From a virus, in IMG/VR virus record IMGVR_UViG_3300048839_000489, positions 1-64,000 of that record: a DNA stretch of 64,000 nt, one strand, 5' to 3'. Positions 40,601 to 51,168 of the stretch are shown in pieces. The notes beneath the pieces were generated by a model. It was not told the DNA's origin and ran no database searches. It saw only the letters and a program-made list of their open reading frames with translations. The first letter of the stretch is position 1. Every line of letters starts with the position of its first letter. The translations under genes were made by a program, and so were the position numbers.

Positions 40601-43600
40601 TTAAATAGAGTCGTCTAGCCTAATAATTGTGGTACGTGCTTGCGGATACCCAGATGAGTAATCAACCCACATGCCCGACACCGGCTCTCTTTGAAAGAAC
40701 CCAAATGCATTGTCACCATAATCAAATATCTCCCCTGGCAACTCCTCCTCACCATCCTCGAAGGGTATCTCTATGACACCAGATGGGCCCACATAACCGC
40801 TCACGGATACAAACATATATTGATATGGATATGAGTAGTTAGAGGTTTCTATTCTTGTTATGTACCCACTAGGGGTAGAGAAGAAGCCTGAAACTGTGGA
40901 CAGCTCAGACATATTTATAGAGCTGATTCCTCCTGTCATTGTTACATAGAGATTTGAGTAAATCCCAGACTCTACCATCTCACCCGAGGCGTTTATTCCA
41001 TCTGAAGATGCATACCTGAAATCCTCGGCTAAAAAGCCTAGATTGAATATGTTTCCAGAAGAAATTGCTCCTGATCCAGACATACTTGGATTGCTGATTT
41101 GCAGGATGTTGTTATCAGTGCTTATGTAATATAGCTCTGTTGAGCTTATTCTTCTGTCCATTGTTACCAAAGGAGCGAAGTTTGATATGTCGAGCCTATC
41201 TCTATACAAGCCTGATTTAACCACCCTATAATCGTAATTATCCCTCTGCAGAACCAGGTAGATTGGAAATACTATCGGTATTAGTTCTGGCATTTCCCAA
41301 TAGATACCCTGGGTTGTTATTCTAAAGTTACCCCTCACAGAGCCTATAGTACCTATGTATGTAGGTATTTTTCTTATTCTTGTGGCCTCGTATCCATCAT
41401 CTCTTAGTGAGACAAGGAATCTGTTTGCCGGTATATTTGTACCGGAGTATGCCACAAAGAAATTCTCTTTGTTGATGCTGTCATTTCCGACATGCTCGAT
41501 TAAGTTTATACCTGACTGCGGTATGATTTCTGTTAGAGATGCTTCAAGAAAATCCTTCTCTAGGTTAAAGAACCTATTTACCTGAACGCCTGATACAGTC
41601 GTAGACGTTTTCACTATGCCCTTATCTCTTTTGCTGACTCTGTGAGTTGGGAAAGCTATATCGTCTGAATAGTCATTGTAATCCAAGTAAGGAACAATAT
41701 CTGATCTAGATAAAGCCCCATCTACGTAGTAGTCAATAAATCTGTAGCTCCAAGAAGCTCTTGTTACCTCTATAAAGTTACTGACTGCAAAGTATGTTCC
41801 TTCTGAGTGATAACTCACAGAAACAGATTCTGGATTACCTATAGTAACGCCAGTACCTCCACTCAGAGGCCCGTGTATAGAATAGTGATCCAGCACCTCT
41901 ACCATGCTTAAATTTGAATTTCTGGTTTTAGTCAGCCTGTAAATTTTATAAGTAAACAAGGTATCAGATAGAGCTATACGCTTACTTACGTACACAAGAA
42001 AGTTGTATTCTTTTTCTGCAATAGGAACTATTAGTGTAGTGTTCTGACTTTCCCACTGTATTTGACCACCTATATCACCTCTAAGCTTCATCAGCTTTTT
42101 AAGTGATGAGGAGCCACTTAGTAGATCAACAGTAAGTTCAAGGAACTCTATGCCGTACTCTCCTGGAGTAGGGATCTCGCGTACAATTATGCTAGTAAAT
42201 AGCTCACCTTGAACTAATATTCCATTAGCTTTTACATCATCAAACACGTCAGGTATTAAATTAACCTTGACTGTGTTTAGAATGAAGTTATAGTCCACAG
42301 AGAGGTAGTCCTTCTTACCACCTGGCCCAGCCGATCCATATCTGAATACGAATCTAAACATATCAGCATTAACTCTATAGATAGATAGAAGATCGGCATT
42401 TTGATATGCATAATCGTTAAGCTGATACTGATAAACTGTCTGAGTAACTGTTCCAGTTGTTATATTCGGTTTTATTCTTGTTACTTGTAGGAAAATGTCC
42501 GATGGGCCATCTCCACGAACTATAGCTATGTGTGAGGAATTAGCTGGATAGTAGTCGTCTATATAGAATATATCCTTGTTCATAAGGGTCATACTTAGAA
42601 GACCGCCACCACCGTAGTGAGTATTGAAATCTTGAGTTAGCGGTGTAAAGTATCCAGAATAAGGTAGATGGTTGTATATAGTTCCGTTGAAGTGTTCTCT
42701 TGCTGTGCTACTAACATCTGTTGTTGATGCGAATGTCAGAAGATTGTAACTCTCTGTGTATTTTCCTGCAAACACAGATTCTGGATAAGTACCAGACCCT
42801 AAAGTCATAGCCTCTACATAATCGTGTACACCATCATTCTCTATGTCGTATACCCAGAAATCGTAATTTCCAGACACACCTACAGGATAACTGCCGAGAA
42901 TCTCACCGCTATAAGGACTCACGTCCAGTACCCAGGATCTAAATATATATCCGCTTGGAAATCCACTCGGACTTGTAAAGTTGCTTCCATTAGTGTAAGC
43001 AAACAAGCTGAGACCGCTAAACGGGTCAGTTTCCATTAGGAAGTCACCTAGATTTTCTCCGGATCTAGTATCTACAGCTATTCTTATGTTATTAGTCATC
43101 CTATCTATGATGCACGCTCTAGCCATCACTCCAGAGTATACTGTGGCATCTACGGGGGTCATAGTACCGCTCTTCATAATAAGAGCTCCGCTCATGCTTA
43201 CAGTCAACCCAGATACAGGAATTCCAGACCAGGGGTGCTCATCCTCTAGAGAGTAGAAAGAACCTCCGGAGGCAGTAACACACACTAGAACCCCAGCGCT
43301 GACATGAAGATCGGTGACTTTCAAGTCATCATTATACAGCCCAGAGGAGTAGTCAAACCACCCGCTGGCATTGTAGATACCGCTAGCAAACCCTATAAGA
43401 CCGCTTCCGGTAGGAGAGCCGCTCCACGCTGGCATGATGTGTTTTCTCCAAACACCACTACCAAAAGTACCAACATACACGAATCCACCAAGATCCCAAA
43501 AGGCAAACAGTCTTGGGCAACGCTCATCAAGCTTTATTTGGGTTGTATGTCCAGATGCGTCCAGAGATGTCCCAAAAGACGTTACTTTACCTTTTCCAGT

Positions 43601-44467
43601 AAATAACTTGTTCTTTATTGTGACAACATCTCCTACAAGGATATTTCTTCCACCCTCCAACTCCACATGCTTCTCAAATGTGATTACTGAAAACTCTAAC
43701 AACATTTTATTTGCTAAAGCAAAAGCATCCGTAGTTTTTCTTATATTGCTATTTGAAATTACTACCGTTCTTCTATCTTTCTTATCGTAGTCCCACTTAG
43801 TAGCCTTATATACATCAGCAAACACCCATCTTCGAGTCTTCGGATCTCCCTTTCCCCAGACTACGGCTCTGTTTCTAAGCATGTTGTCGTGCTTAACAGT
43901 CTTAATATCTAAGATATCTCTGTTGTCAAAAGATCCCGCTGTTGCTCCATAAGAGCCGGTCAGCTTACCAATTATAGCTGTGTCATTATAATCAAAGGTT
44001 ATGTACCACCCATTAAGTTGAAGAAGGTACATTATCTGCTCGTACCCACTCATAAGACCGAGAGCTGTATTATTAGATAGTAATGTTCCAGGATCTGGAC
44101 TGACTATCTTATATTTTATTTTCATCTCGTCAAGAAAGTAACCTATCCAGAAACTTGCATAAGAAGGGTAGTCTACGTTGTAAGCTACGGATATAAAGTA
44201 ATCTGACAGCTTTTTTGAACCATCCTGTGCGTTAATTACAGTCACTGAATTAGGTTGTTCTTGTGATGCGGAAGAAACATAGTATTGACCATTTTTCTTC
44301 CCGTTCTCGAATATAGTTATCTTATCCCATGGATCGAAGGATGCCGAGTACGTATAGTCTACGGTAATCTCCAACATTCCGATTCCGCTACATATCTTAT
44401 GTTCTCTTGTCCAACTAATAACATGCGAAGTAATATCTGTACTTCCATGCATAACCTTTACGTCCAT
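40601..44467 (-). CDS. large tail-tip / central fibre protein (lambda J-like position)
   Basis: 1288-aa ORF, third gene downstream of the tape measure gene. Confidence 0.65.
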   Translation of the reverse strand: MDVKVMHGSTDITSHVISWTREHKICSGIGMLEITVDYTYSASFDPWDKITIFENGKKNGQYYVSSASQEQPNSVTVINAQDGSKKLSDYFISVAYNVDYPSYASFWIGYFLDEMKIKYKIVSPDPGTLLSNNTALGLMSGYEQIMYLLQLNGWYITFDYNDTAIIGKLTGSYGATAGSFDNRDILDIKTVKHDNMLRNRAVVWGKGDPKTRRWVFADVYKATKWDYDKKDRRTVVISNSNIRKTTDAFALANKMLLEFSVITFEKHVELEGGRNILVGDVVTIKNKLFTGKGKVTSFGTSLDASGHTTQIKLDERCPRLFAFWDLGGFVYVGTFGSGVWRKHIMPAWSGSPTGSGLIGFASGIYNASGWFDYSSGLYNDDLKVTDLHVSAGVLVCVTASGGSFYSLEDEHPWSGIPVSGLTVSMSGALIMKSGTMTPVDATVYSGVMARACIIDRMTNNIRIAVDTRSGENLGDFLMETDPFSGLSLFAYTNGSNFTSPSGFPSGYIFRSWVLDVSPYSGEILGSYPVGVSGNYDFWVYDIENDGVHDYVEAMTLGSGTYPESVFAGKYTESYNLLTFASTTDVSSTAREHFNGTIYNHLPYSGYFTPLTQDFNTHYGGGGLLSMTLMNKDIFYIDDYYPANSSHIAIVRGDGPSDIFLQVTRIKPNITTGTVTQTVYQYQLNDYAYQNADLLSIYRVNADMFRFVFRYGSAGPGGKKDYLSVDYNFILNTVKVNLIPDVFDDVKANGILVQGELFTSIIVREIPTPGEYGIEFLELTVDLLSGSSSLKKLMKLRGDIGGQIQWESQNTTLIVPIAEKEYNFLVYVSKRIALSDTLFTYKIYRLTKTRNSNLSMVEVLDHYSIHGPLSGGTGVTIGNPESVSVSYHSEGTYFAVSNFIEVTRASWSYRFIDYYVDGALSRSDIVPYLDYNDYSDDIAFPTHRVSKRDKGIVKTSTTVSGVQVNRFFNLEKDFLEASLTEIIPQSGINLIEHVGNDSINKENFFVAYSGTNIPANRFLVSLRDDGYEATRIRKIPTYIGTIGSVRGNFRITTQGIYWEMPELIPIVFPIYLVLQRDNYDYRVVKSGLYRDRLDISNFAPLVTMDRRISSTELYYISTDNNILQISNPSMSGSGAISSGNIFNLGFLAEDFRYASSDGINASGEMVESGIYSNLYVTMTGGISSINMSELSTVSGFFSTPSGYITRIETSNYSYPYQYMFVSVSGYVGPSGVIEIPFEDGEEELPGEIFDYGDNAFGFFQREPVSGMWVDYSSGYPQARTTIIRLDDSI

Positions 44468-44468
44468 A

Positions 44469-45428
44469 TTATTGCCTCAATTCCATTATTGTAGTGTATC
44501 CTGCTTGTCCCCAATCATGCTCACAGCTGTAAACATAAAAGGTTCCAGACATTCCTATAGCCGACCTATCTACAGTTACGTTACTTCTTGCATTTATTGA
44601 TGGATTTCCAACTGCAGTAACCATACCACCAATAGTGAGTCTATTTAGTTTATTTAGGTTATAGCTAGCGATTGAGCTTGCTAAAGCGTTTGTACTAATT
44701 AGCTGAGGTGCAGCTATAACAACCGTCTTATAGAATCCCGATGGAAGATATGGGGACGATGCTTTAGCCTCCGCATACACATCTGTTTTTCCGTAAACTA
44801 CAACTCTATTTCTTAAATCTCTATCTGACCTATAGAAGGATGCAGATAGCATATTTGTTCCATCAAGAGATGCTACAGAACCTCCGCCGTCTGGATATGG
44901 AGGTCTATCTTCAAATCTTACAGTCCCACCTACATCAGCATACAAGTGCCAAGCTAACGTGTCCGCTATGAACTTTGAGAAGTCGTATACGCTAGTTAAG
45001 TTAACCTCTACGGGTTCGCCCTTAGTAGCGAAAGTAAATCCGGTGCTCTGTCCAGAATAATTTGTTATTCCCGCCATAGCCATTAATTCACCAATCAAAG
45101 CCTCTGCGGATATTTTAGACCTTGAGAATGGTTGGTCTGGGTTAGTAGACGCGATAAAATAATCTACAGCCCTTACTAGCACATTGGCAGCTGTGATTTC
45201 ATACACAGTAGGTTGCTGACTTCTTGTGACCATCTTTACATAGCCAGTAAAAACTTCCTCTGTGTTTCCAGAATAGCCGAGTGATACTGAAATAGAATCA
45301 CCAACATCAAGCCCACAAGATAAACATCTTATTGTAGCTGTAGATGTGGCTGCTCCGTGGCTATCAGAAACATTTACAGATAGAAGCTCTGAGCAGCCTG
45401 TAACAGTAGCTGCCAACATATTAGACAT
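44469..45428 (-). CDS. tail-tip/hub protein
   Basis: 319 aa, position between the minor tail protein and the large tip protein. Confidence 0.55.
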   Translation of the reverse strand: MSNMLAATVTGCSELLSVNVSDSHGAATSTATIRCLSCGLDVGDSISVSLGYSGNTEEVFTGYVKMVTRSQQPTVYEITAANVLVRAVDYFIASTNPDQPFSRSKISAEALIGELMAMAGITNYSGQSTGFTFATKGEPVEVNLTSVYDFSKFIADTLAWHLYADVGGTVRFEDRPPYPDGGGSVASLDGTNMLSASFYRSDRDLRNRVVVYGKTDVYAEAKASSPYLPSGFYKTVVIAAPQLISTNALASSIASYNLNKLNRLTIGGMVTAVGNPSINARSNVTVDRSAIGMSGTFYVYSCEHDWGQAGYTTIMELRQ

Positions 45429-45771
45429 AAAGCTCTATCTCCACGTTATATACAGGTGAGTTTTCAGGAAGATCTGGTCTTAGTGTTTGACATATTACCA
45501 TCAATCTATTAACCTTTACGCTCTTCACTTCAAAATCACCCTCACTTCCCTCTGGGGAAACTAATTCGACGCTACCCCCAGTGGTCATGCCTTTTAAAGC
45601 GTCTTTATCCGACTGACCGACCACTATACCTAAAAGAGTTCTAATGTCATCTTCATGACCGAAATTCTGCAAAACCGTTCCCCCTGATAACGGTTGCAGT
45701 CTCGGTATAATTTGAGAAACATCTTCCTTAAGGTCTTGTGCAAAAACTCTGATTCCTCCAAGAGTCCACAT
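45421..45771 (-). CDS. minor tail protein (lambda M-like position)
   Basis: 116 aa, immediately downstream of the tape measure gene. Confidence 0.5.
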   Translation of the reverse strand: MWTLGGIRVFAQDLKEDVSQIIPRLQPLSGGTVLQNFGHEDDIRTLLGIVVGQSDKDALKGMTTGGSVELVSPEGSEGDFEVKSVKVNRLMVICQTLRPDLPENSPVYNVEIELYV

Positions 45772-45784
45772 AAAATTATACTCC

Positions 45785-48700
45785 TTAAATTACATACGAT
45801 CTTGTAATAGTTCCACCAGACTCGTTTGTCTTCAGTAGATCTGCTGCAAGATATGGTTTTATTATGGTGGCCAAAACTCTGCCATCTACCATTAATTGTG
45901 TTGTAGAGCTGAATTTGATATCCAGCTTGGTGTTAATCGACTGAGCATTGTCTCCACCAACTTTAGCCCCCATACCGGCTGGGGTTTTTACACTTTCGCC
46001 TAATGGGTCGTATCTGGTTGGGTATCTCGCTCCACCACCTATTGCTCCACCTACAAGATTGTCGAAATCAAGTTTAGGCTCTTTCTTTGGTACATAGGTT
46101 TCGATTATATTACTTTTTTCACTTTCTCTGAGTAAATCCATAGCTGATTTTGCTAAGACCTCTGTTGAAAGAGGTTTCAGATCAGCTATATTCATATTAT
46201 CATAATTTTGCTTATCTGGAGATAGCTCCCCACCGGTCTGTATTCCAGTACCTTTAGGAGTTTCTGTGGTTGTGGGTAAGTCATTTAGACTATCAGACCC
46301 GCTACCATCTCCTTGAAGAAGTGCCGCTTCCAGTGGAACCCAAGCTGTAGCTCCATCTGGCAGGTTATAAACACCCTGAAGCTGCTTCTTTTCTGTGTCA
46401 AGAATTTGCTGGAGCAAGTATTGAATTACTTTTTGATCTCCCTTTGCCGCAACTATTTGATCATCAGAAGAAGTATAGATAGCCTCTGTAATATCTGGGG
46501 TATATCCAGCTTCTTCCAATCTTCTGGTGTAGGCAGGAGCCATAGCCTCAGCTCTTCTAATTTCAGCTGCAGTAGCGTTAGAGGTGTTCCATGGAGTACC
46601 TGAACCAGCTGCTCCGGAAATTTCACCCTCTTTTCTTAATCTATCTACAGTTTCATCGAAGAACTTTCTGTCAACCCCGTCTGTAATTTTCTTATAGAAA
46701 CTGTCACCAGCTTCGCCTATTACAGTCGCAAAATCATCCAGGGAGTTTACAAATGCCTCATAATCTTCATTAGACATTCCACCACCCTCTGGGGACTTAT
46801 AGAACGCCTCCTGAGCCTTTAAGGACTCAGAGATAGCCTTTGACAACTCCTGCTCGTTCTTAAACGATGGTGTCGTATATGACCCATAGATTGGGGTTTC
46901 TTTATAAGCTTGCAGTCTTACCTGCTCAGCCCCGTAATCCCTACTCTTAGCTGCAAGATCTCTGGAGGTGTCTAATAGGGCTCCTAAATCTGCCCTAGTG
47001 CCAGACTGTTTTTGTCCTGTGTATGGGTTTGTGAACTCCATCTCTTTTATAGAAGGATCCCAGTTGTCCCAAAGGTTCTGAAGATACGCTACCGCATCAA
47101 CCTGCTGGTTCATTTGATTAATGAGTTCTTCATTTCCAGAGGAGAATATATCAAGAAAATCTTGATAATTTTCTGCCATAGTCCCGTACTCTTCTGGCAA
47201 GTTTCCAAGATCGTCTACCAATGCGGATGTAGCCTTAGTAGCACTTGTCGAGAATGCAGAAAGGCTCCCAGTTCTTCTTCCATAATCAGCAGATGTTAAG
47301 TCTCCCTCTATAAGCATCTTTGTAAGTTCAAGCTGCCTTTCCTGCTGAAGACCTTTCAACATATACTGCTGAGAGTCTGTTGAGAGCATCTTCTGCCTCT
47401 TACTTAATGCAGTCTCTGTTCCAGGTATTTCTCCGCCATCAGCCGCGTTTCTAGCCATGAACTCTTTGTAGAGCTCTGGATCGGTTCTTTGAAGAATACT
47501 TAATGCTGCAGCCTCTGTGGTTTTGAATTCTCCAGTGGTTCCAGCTTGTTCTCTAGCATTTATAAATTTACCTACAGGTGTATAATTGGTGACAAAGTCG
47601 CTCGTCATCAATCTCTCTATTTGAGCGGTAAGCTTACCAAGCCCCTCATATCCACCGCCCAACGATTTAAAAGCCTCCGATTGCAGTTCTTCTGGAGTCT
47701 TATCGAATCTTACTTCAGCTCCCTTTGAGCTAGCGCCTTCCATAGCTCCAGCAAAGAAGTTAGCAAATGTGGTCTCATATGTTATGGTTGATCTTACAAA
47801 TGCCTCAGCTATTGCAGAACCTACTAAGGCTCCCACTGGGCCTCCAACAAGTGCACCACCTATACCACCAACCAGGTTGGCAACGCCCTCTTCAGTGTCT
47901 CCAGAAGCGAAGTTCTGAACAGCCGGAGCTGCTATAGCCGCTACAGATGGTAGTGTTGTAAGTCTGGCTAGAGGGCTATTTACAGCCCCTCCAAACATAG
48001 TGGTTCTTCCTGTTAACATGCTAGCCATTCCGCCAGACATGTTAGTGTTGTTCATAAGAGCGGCGGTCATGTCGGTCTTTCTGAACACCGCGTAAGCAGC
48101 AGCCAGTCCTAGAAGTAGTGGCCCAACCTTACCAACTCTGGAAGCTATCTCATCAAACACATTGACTGTGCCAGTTCCAACTCCAAGTAAAGCTGAGAAC
48201 AGGTCTAATAGACCACCCTCATTACCAAGACTCTCTGCCAAACTCTGGAAAGAGTTGGTTAATTGTGTTGCAGAAGTTTCTACGGTATCAAGCTTCTTGG
48301 TAAGAGCGTCGCTAGCTGCGCCAGATGAATCTTCCTGTGCTGCAGCAATTTGCTGCATTCTTCCGAAGTTCTCAATGAATGCGGATACATCCTTCTGTCT
48401 CCTGATACCACCTCCACCAAGAGCAAGTGTCAGTCTGTTGAAGTCTTCGTTAGCAATAAGTCCACCCTCTCTCATTGCAGCTACTTCAGTCATAACATCC
48501 AAGAACTGTCTGGTTTTACCAGAAACATCGGTTACAGAGATACCAAGTCTAGCCAACTCCCTAACTGCAGAGTCGGTTTGATAGTTTCCTATAAGAGCCT
48601 TAGCTACGTTAGCTGCTTCCTTTCCGCTAACAAGAGATGTTTCGGACAGGGTAGCTACGAGTGCGTTAAGCATCTCTACAGAAAGCCCAGCGGTCTCAGC

Positions 48701-50050
48701 TGAATCGCCAAGAACAGCTACTCCCGTTGCCAAAGTCTCTACATCAACAGAAGCTATTCTACTTACTGTAACCCACTTGTCCAGCAAATCCTGACCTCTA
48801 GATAAGGCCTCAGCTGCTGTATCTGTAGAGTTGGCAGTCTGATATAGTGCGGCTGTCATAACGTCAATCGCACTAACTTGATCCAATGTAGAAAGTTTCG
48901 ACAGTGTAAGTGAGTCGTTAAGCAATGTAACCGCGGTATTATATCTCTGAGTCTCGTTTGAAACTCTACCTGCAGCTCTATAAGCCTGTCCAAAAGATTC
49001 AATAACGCCCTGGACAGATTCTCCGGCTTGCTGGGAAGATTGATATACCTGCTCAAACACAGCAGAGGTGTTTGTAACCTCCTCATTAAGAGCAACGGAA
49101 ACATCCGCTAACGCAGCTTCATTGGCTATGAGTTGAACCATAGCCTCACTGATAGCATTTATAGGCCCGTAGATAGCAGAGATAGCTATAGACCATTTTA
49201 GAAGGTCGCCAAGGTCTCTCTGAATGTCTTGAGTAAAGCTTCTATGCTCTTTCTTTGGAGGAAGAGTGCTGCTTATATTACCTTGCTGGTCAAACCTTAC
49301 GGACTCTCTGTGCTGAACTCCGCCGATATTCTTTCTGAAATCTGCTGTAGAGTATGGGCCTGTATCCCACTTAGTTACCTGTTTGAGATCCTTCATGCTG
49401 TACCCCTTCTGTCGCATGTAGTCCTCTACGATCTTACCTTGCGGTGAGTTTGAAAAGGCTTTCCTATTCAGTTCACCGAGGTTTCTACCGAAGTTGCCTA
49501 GCTCATCAATAACGGCGGAGATTTTTTGTGGCTTTATTTTATTTCCATCGCTATCGTAAGGAGTGGCTGGAAGATAGTTTCCTGTAACTGTTCTGTTACC
49601 ACCGGAATCTCTTCCTATTTTCAGCCCTTGAATTCTGGACTCTTCTAGCTTGAGAGCTCTGATTAAACCATCAATAGCCTTTCGGAACTTTTCTTCTTCA
49701 GGCTTTAGATTTATTTTATTAGATGCTTGAGCGCTTTTTGCTGGTGGGTTTGCGCTAGCGGCCTTGTTCTTATCACCAAAACCACTGTAAACGGACGCAG
49801 ATCCCTCAGCATCTCTTATCGCCTTCTCGAGACTTTTGTATTTAGATATAAGTCTATCAACCTCAGCCATCCTCTTTCCAATGCCTTCTGTGGCTTTTAG
49901 AGAGGAACCTGCTGCGCCGTGAGATTCTGTGCTAAGAGTTTGAAGTCTCCTAACTTCTTTATACAAGGACTGAGCTAAAGCTTTTGTCTCTTGAAGATTT
50001 TGTTTTAATTGTTGTAAAGAATCTGCCATTGTTTTTCTAGTATCCCTCAA
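45785..50050 (-). CDS. tail tape measure protein
   Basis: 1421 aa, Ala/Gly/Leu-rich with coiled-coil and hydrophobic central segments; directly follows the G/GT chaperone pair. Confidence 0.85.
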   Translation of the reverse strand: MRDTRKTMADSLQQLKQNLQETKALAQSLYKEVRRLQTLSTESHGAAGSSLKATEGIGKRMAEVDRLISKYKSLEKAIRDAEGSASVYSGFGDKNKAASANPPAKSAQASNKINLKPEEEKFRKAIDGLIRALKLEESRIQGLKIGRDSGGNRTVTGNYLPATPYDSDGNKIKPQKISAVIDELGNFGRNLGELNRKAFSNSPQGKIVEDYMRQKGYSMKDLKQVTKWDTGPYSTADFRKNIGGVQHRESVRFDQQGNISSTLPPKKEHRSFTQDIQRDLGDLLKWSIAISAIYGPINAISEAMVQLIANEAALADVSVALNEEVTNTSAVFEQVYQSSQQAGESVQGVIESFGQAYRAAGRVSNETQRYNTAVTLLNDSLTLSKLSTLDQVSAIDVMTAALYQTANSTDTAAEALSRGQDLLDKWVTVSRIASVDVETLATGVAVLGDSAETAGLSVEMLNALVATLSETSLVSGKEAANVAKALIGNYQTDSAVRELARLGISVTDVSGKTRQFLDVMTEVAAMREGGLIANEDFNRLTLALGGGGIRRQKDVSAFIENFGRMQQIAAAQEDSSGAASDALTKKLDTVETSATQLTNSFQSLAESLGNEGGLLDLFSALLGVGTGTVNVFDEIASRVGKVGPLLLGLAAAYAVFRKTDMTAALMNNTNMSGGMASMLTGRTTMFGGAVNSPLARLTTLPSVAAIAAPAVQNFASGDTEEGVANLVGGIGGALVGGPVGALVGSAIAEAFVRSTITYETTFANFFAGAMEGASSKGAEVRFDKTPEELQSEAFKSLGGGYEGLGKLTAQIERLMTSDFVTNYTPVGKFINAREQAGTTGEFKTTEAAALSILQRTDPELYKEFMARNAADGGEIPGTETALSKRQKMLSTDSQQYMLKGLQQERQLELTKMLIEGDLTSADYGRRTGSLSAFSTSATKATSALVDDLGNLPEEYGTMAENYQDFLDIFSSGNEELINQMNQQVDAVAYLQNLWDNWDPSIKEMEFTNPYTGQKQSGTRADLGALLDTSRDLAAKSRDYGAEQVRLQAYKETPIYGSYTTPSFKNEQELSKAISESLKAQEAFYKSPEGGGMSNEDYEAFVNSLDDFATVIGEAGDSFYKKITDGVDRKFFDETVDRLRKEGEISGAAGSGTPWNTSNATAAEIRRAEAMAPAYTRRLEEAGYTPDITEAIYTSSDDQIVAAKGDQKVIQYLLQQILDTEKKQLQGVYNLPDGATAWVPLEAALLQGDGSGSDSLNDLPTTTETPKGTGIQTGGELSPDKQNYDNMNIADLKPLSTEVLAKSAMDLLRESEKSNIIETYVPKKEPKLDFDNLVGGAIGGGARYPTRYDPLGESVKTPAGMGAKVGGDNAQSINTKLDIKFSSTTQLMVDGRVLATIIKPYLAADLLKTNESGGTITRSYVI

Positions 50051-51034
50051 CGTCAGCGATAACTATCTCTGCGTTGGTTTGTTTTTTATTGTCAAACACT
50101 TTTGATAACCAGTCATCTATGTCTTCTGGTGTTCCATCCCATATCGTAACTTCTGGTGGCTGCTTGTCTTTTGGCAGCTCACTTAGGCTGTCCAATTGCT
50201 GCCTTTTCCTTATTACATATCCTATCGTATGGGGAGTGTCTGGAAGTGTTTTTATTTTTGCATCCAGCGGTATTTGCAACGCTTTAGCGACACTCCAGAT
50301 GGAGGCTATTGCGTTACTGGCTGCAATTTTTTTAGGTCGTCCATAGAGAGTTCTAATAGAGTGTACTCTCTGATAAACTGGTCTTTAATTTCTGATGGGA
50401 GGTTAGCAAACTCATCGAAAGAACTGAAGAATCTTACTCTCAAATCTTCGTCTTTGTATACCGATAGGTAGCTAGTCCACTCCCTAAATGCTTCCATAAG
50501 CTCTCTTTCGCAAAGTTCATCTATCATGGAAGCTTCGTATTTCTTATACAAAAAGCTCTTGTCCTTTGAGCTGAGCTCATTCTTTAGAGCTTCAATCTTA
50601 CCCTCAAGAATTTTTCTGACCTCTTGTTGAACTTTTCCTGGGAAAGCGTCTACCTCTAGCTGATATTTCTCATGAAGCTCTGTTTTAGCGTCAGATCTTG
50701 GTGCTTTTGGAACCTTGACCTTGACTTCTGATTTAGCTTTCTCTGCAAGTTCCTTCATTGAAAATACAGTTATTACCGAAATCATAGCTTCCGGCTCAAT
50801 ATCGTCAATGTCTTTAATGTATACAATCCTTTCGTCGCTATTCAGATCCCTTAATTTACGTCTAAGTTCTCCGCTTCTTCTAAGAGCAGAAACTCTTGCC
50901 TTGTTAATATCTGCGTCGCCCACGACTCTCATGTAAACCTTTACCGGTTCACCACCCCCTACAATCTCGAATTCCTTGCTCCAAGAAAAAAGAGGGCTTA
51001 CGTTCACATCATTTTTTTCTATTACTGATGACAT
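50037..51034 (-). CDS. tail assembly chaperone G-T fusion via predicted -1 programmed frameshift
   Basis: The -1 frame is open from 50384 to 50037. The slippery CTA AAA AAA TTG (plus-strand T7 at 50327-50333) lies in the overlap. Confidence 0.6.
50306..51034 (-). CDS. tail assembly chaperone (G-like)
   Basis: 242-aa acidic protein between the major tail gene and the tape measure gene; contains a slippery A7 run 6 codons before its stop. Confidence 0.7.
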   Translation of the reverse strand: MSSVIEKNDVNVSPLFSWSKEFEIVGGGEPVKVYMRVVGDADINKARVSALRRSGELRRKLRDLNSDERIVYIKDIDDIEPEAMISVITVFSMKELAEKAKSEVKVKVPKAPRSDAKTELHEKYQLEVDAFPGKVQQEVRKILEGKIEALKNELSSKDKSFLYKKYEASMIDELCERELMEAFREWTSYLSVYKDEDLRVRFFSSFDEFANLPSEIKDQFIREYTLLELSMDDLKKLQPVTQ

Positions 51035-51065
51035 CCTGTACCTAATCCTTTCAAACTATGTTAAA

Positions 51066-51117
51066 TTAAAAAGGGCTACATTAAATGCACTAAACGTACA
51101 ATATAAGTAGCCCTTTT
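51066..51117 (-). terminator. hairpin terminator/attenuator after the major tail gene
   Basis: 10-bp stem AAAGGGCTAC/GTAGCCCTTT (27-nt loop) followed by T5 on the minus strand. Confidence 0.45.
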
Positions 51118-51168
51118 ATTTACCTTTTACCGCTACAAGCGATTAATTTATTTGGTTATTTGTTACAA

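Noticed and set aside
46313-49447. Several plus-strand ORFs inside the tape measure gene
   Set aside because: They are antisense to a 1421-aa continuous ORF in the canonical tape-measure position. They have no RBS and junk-like composition.
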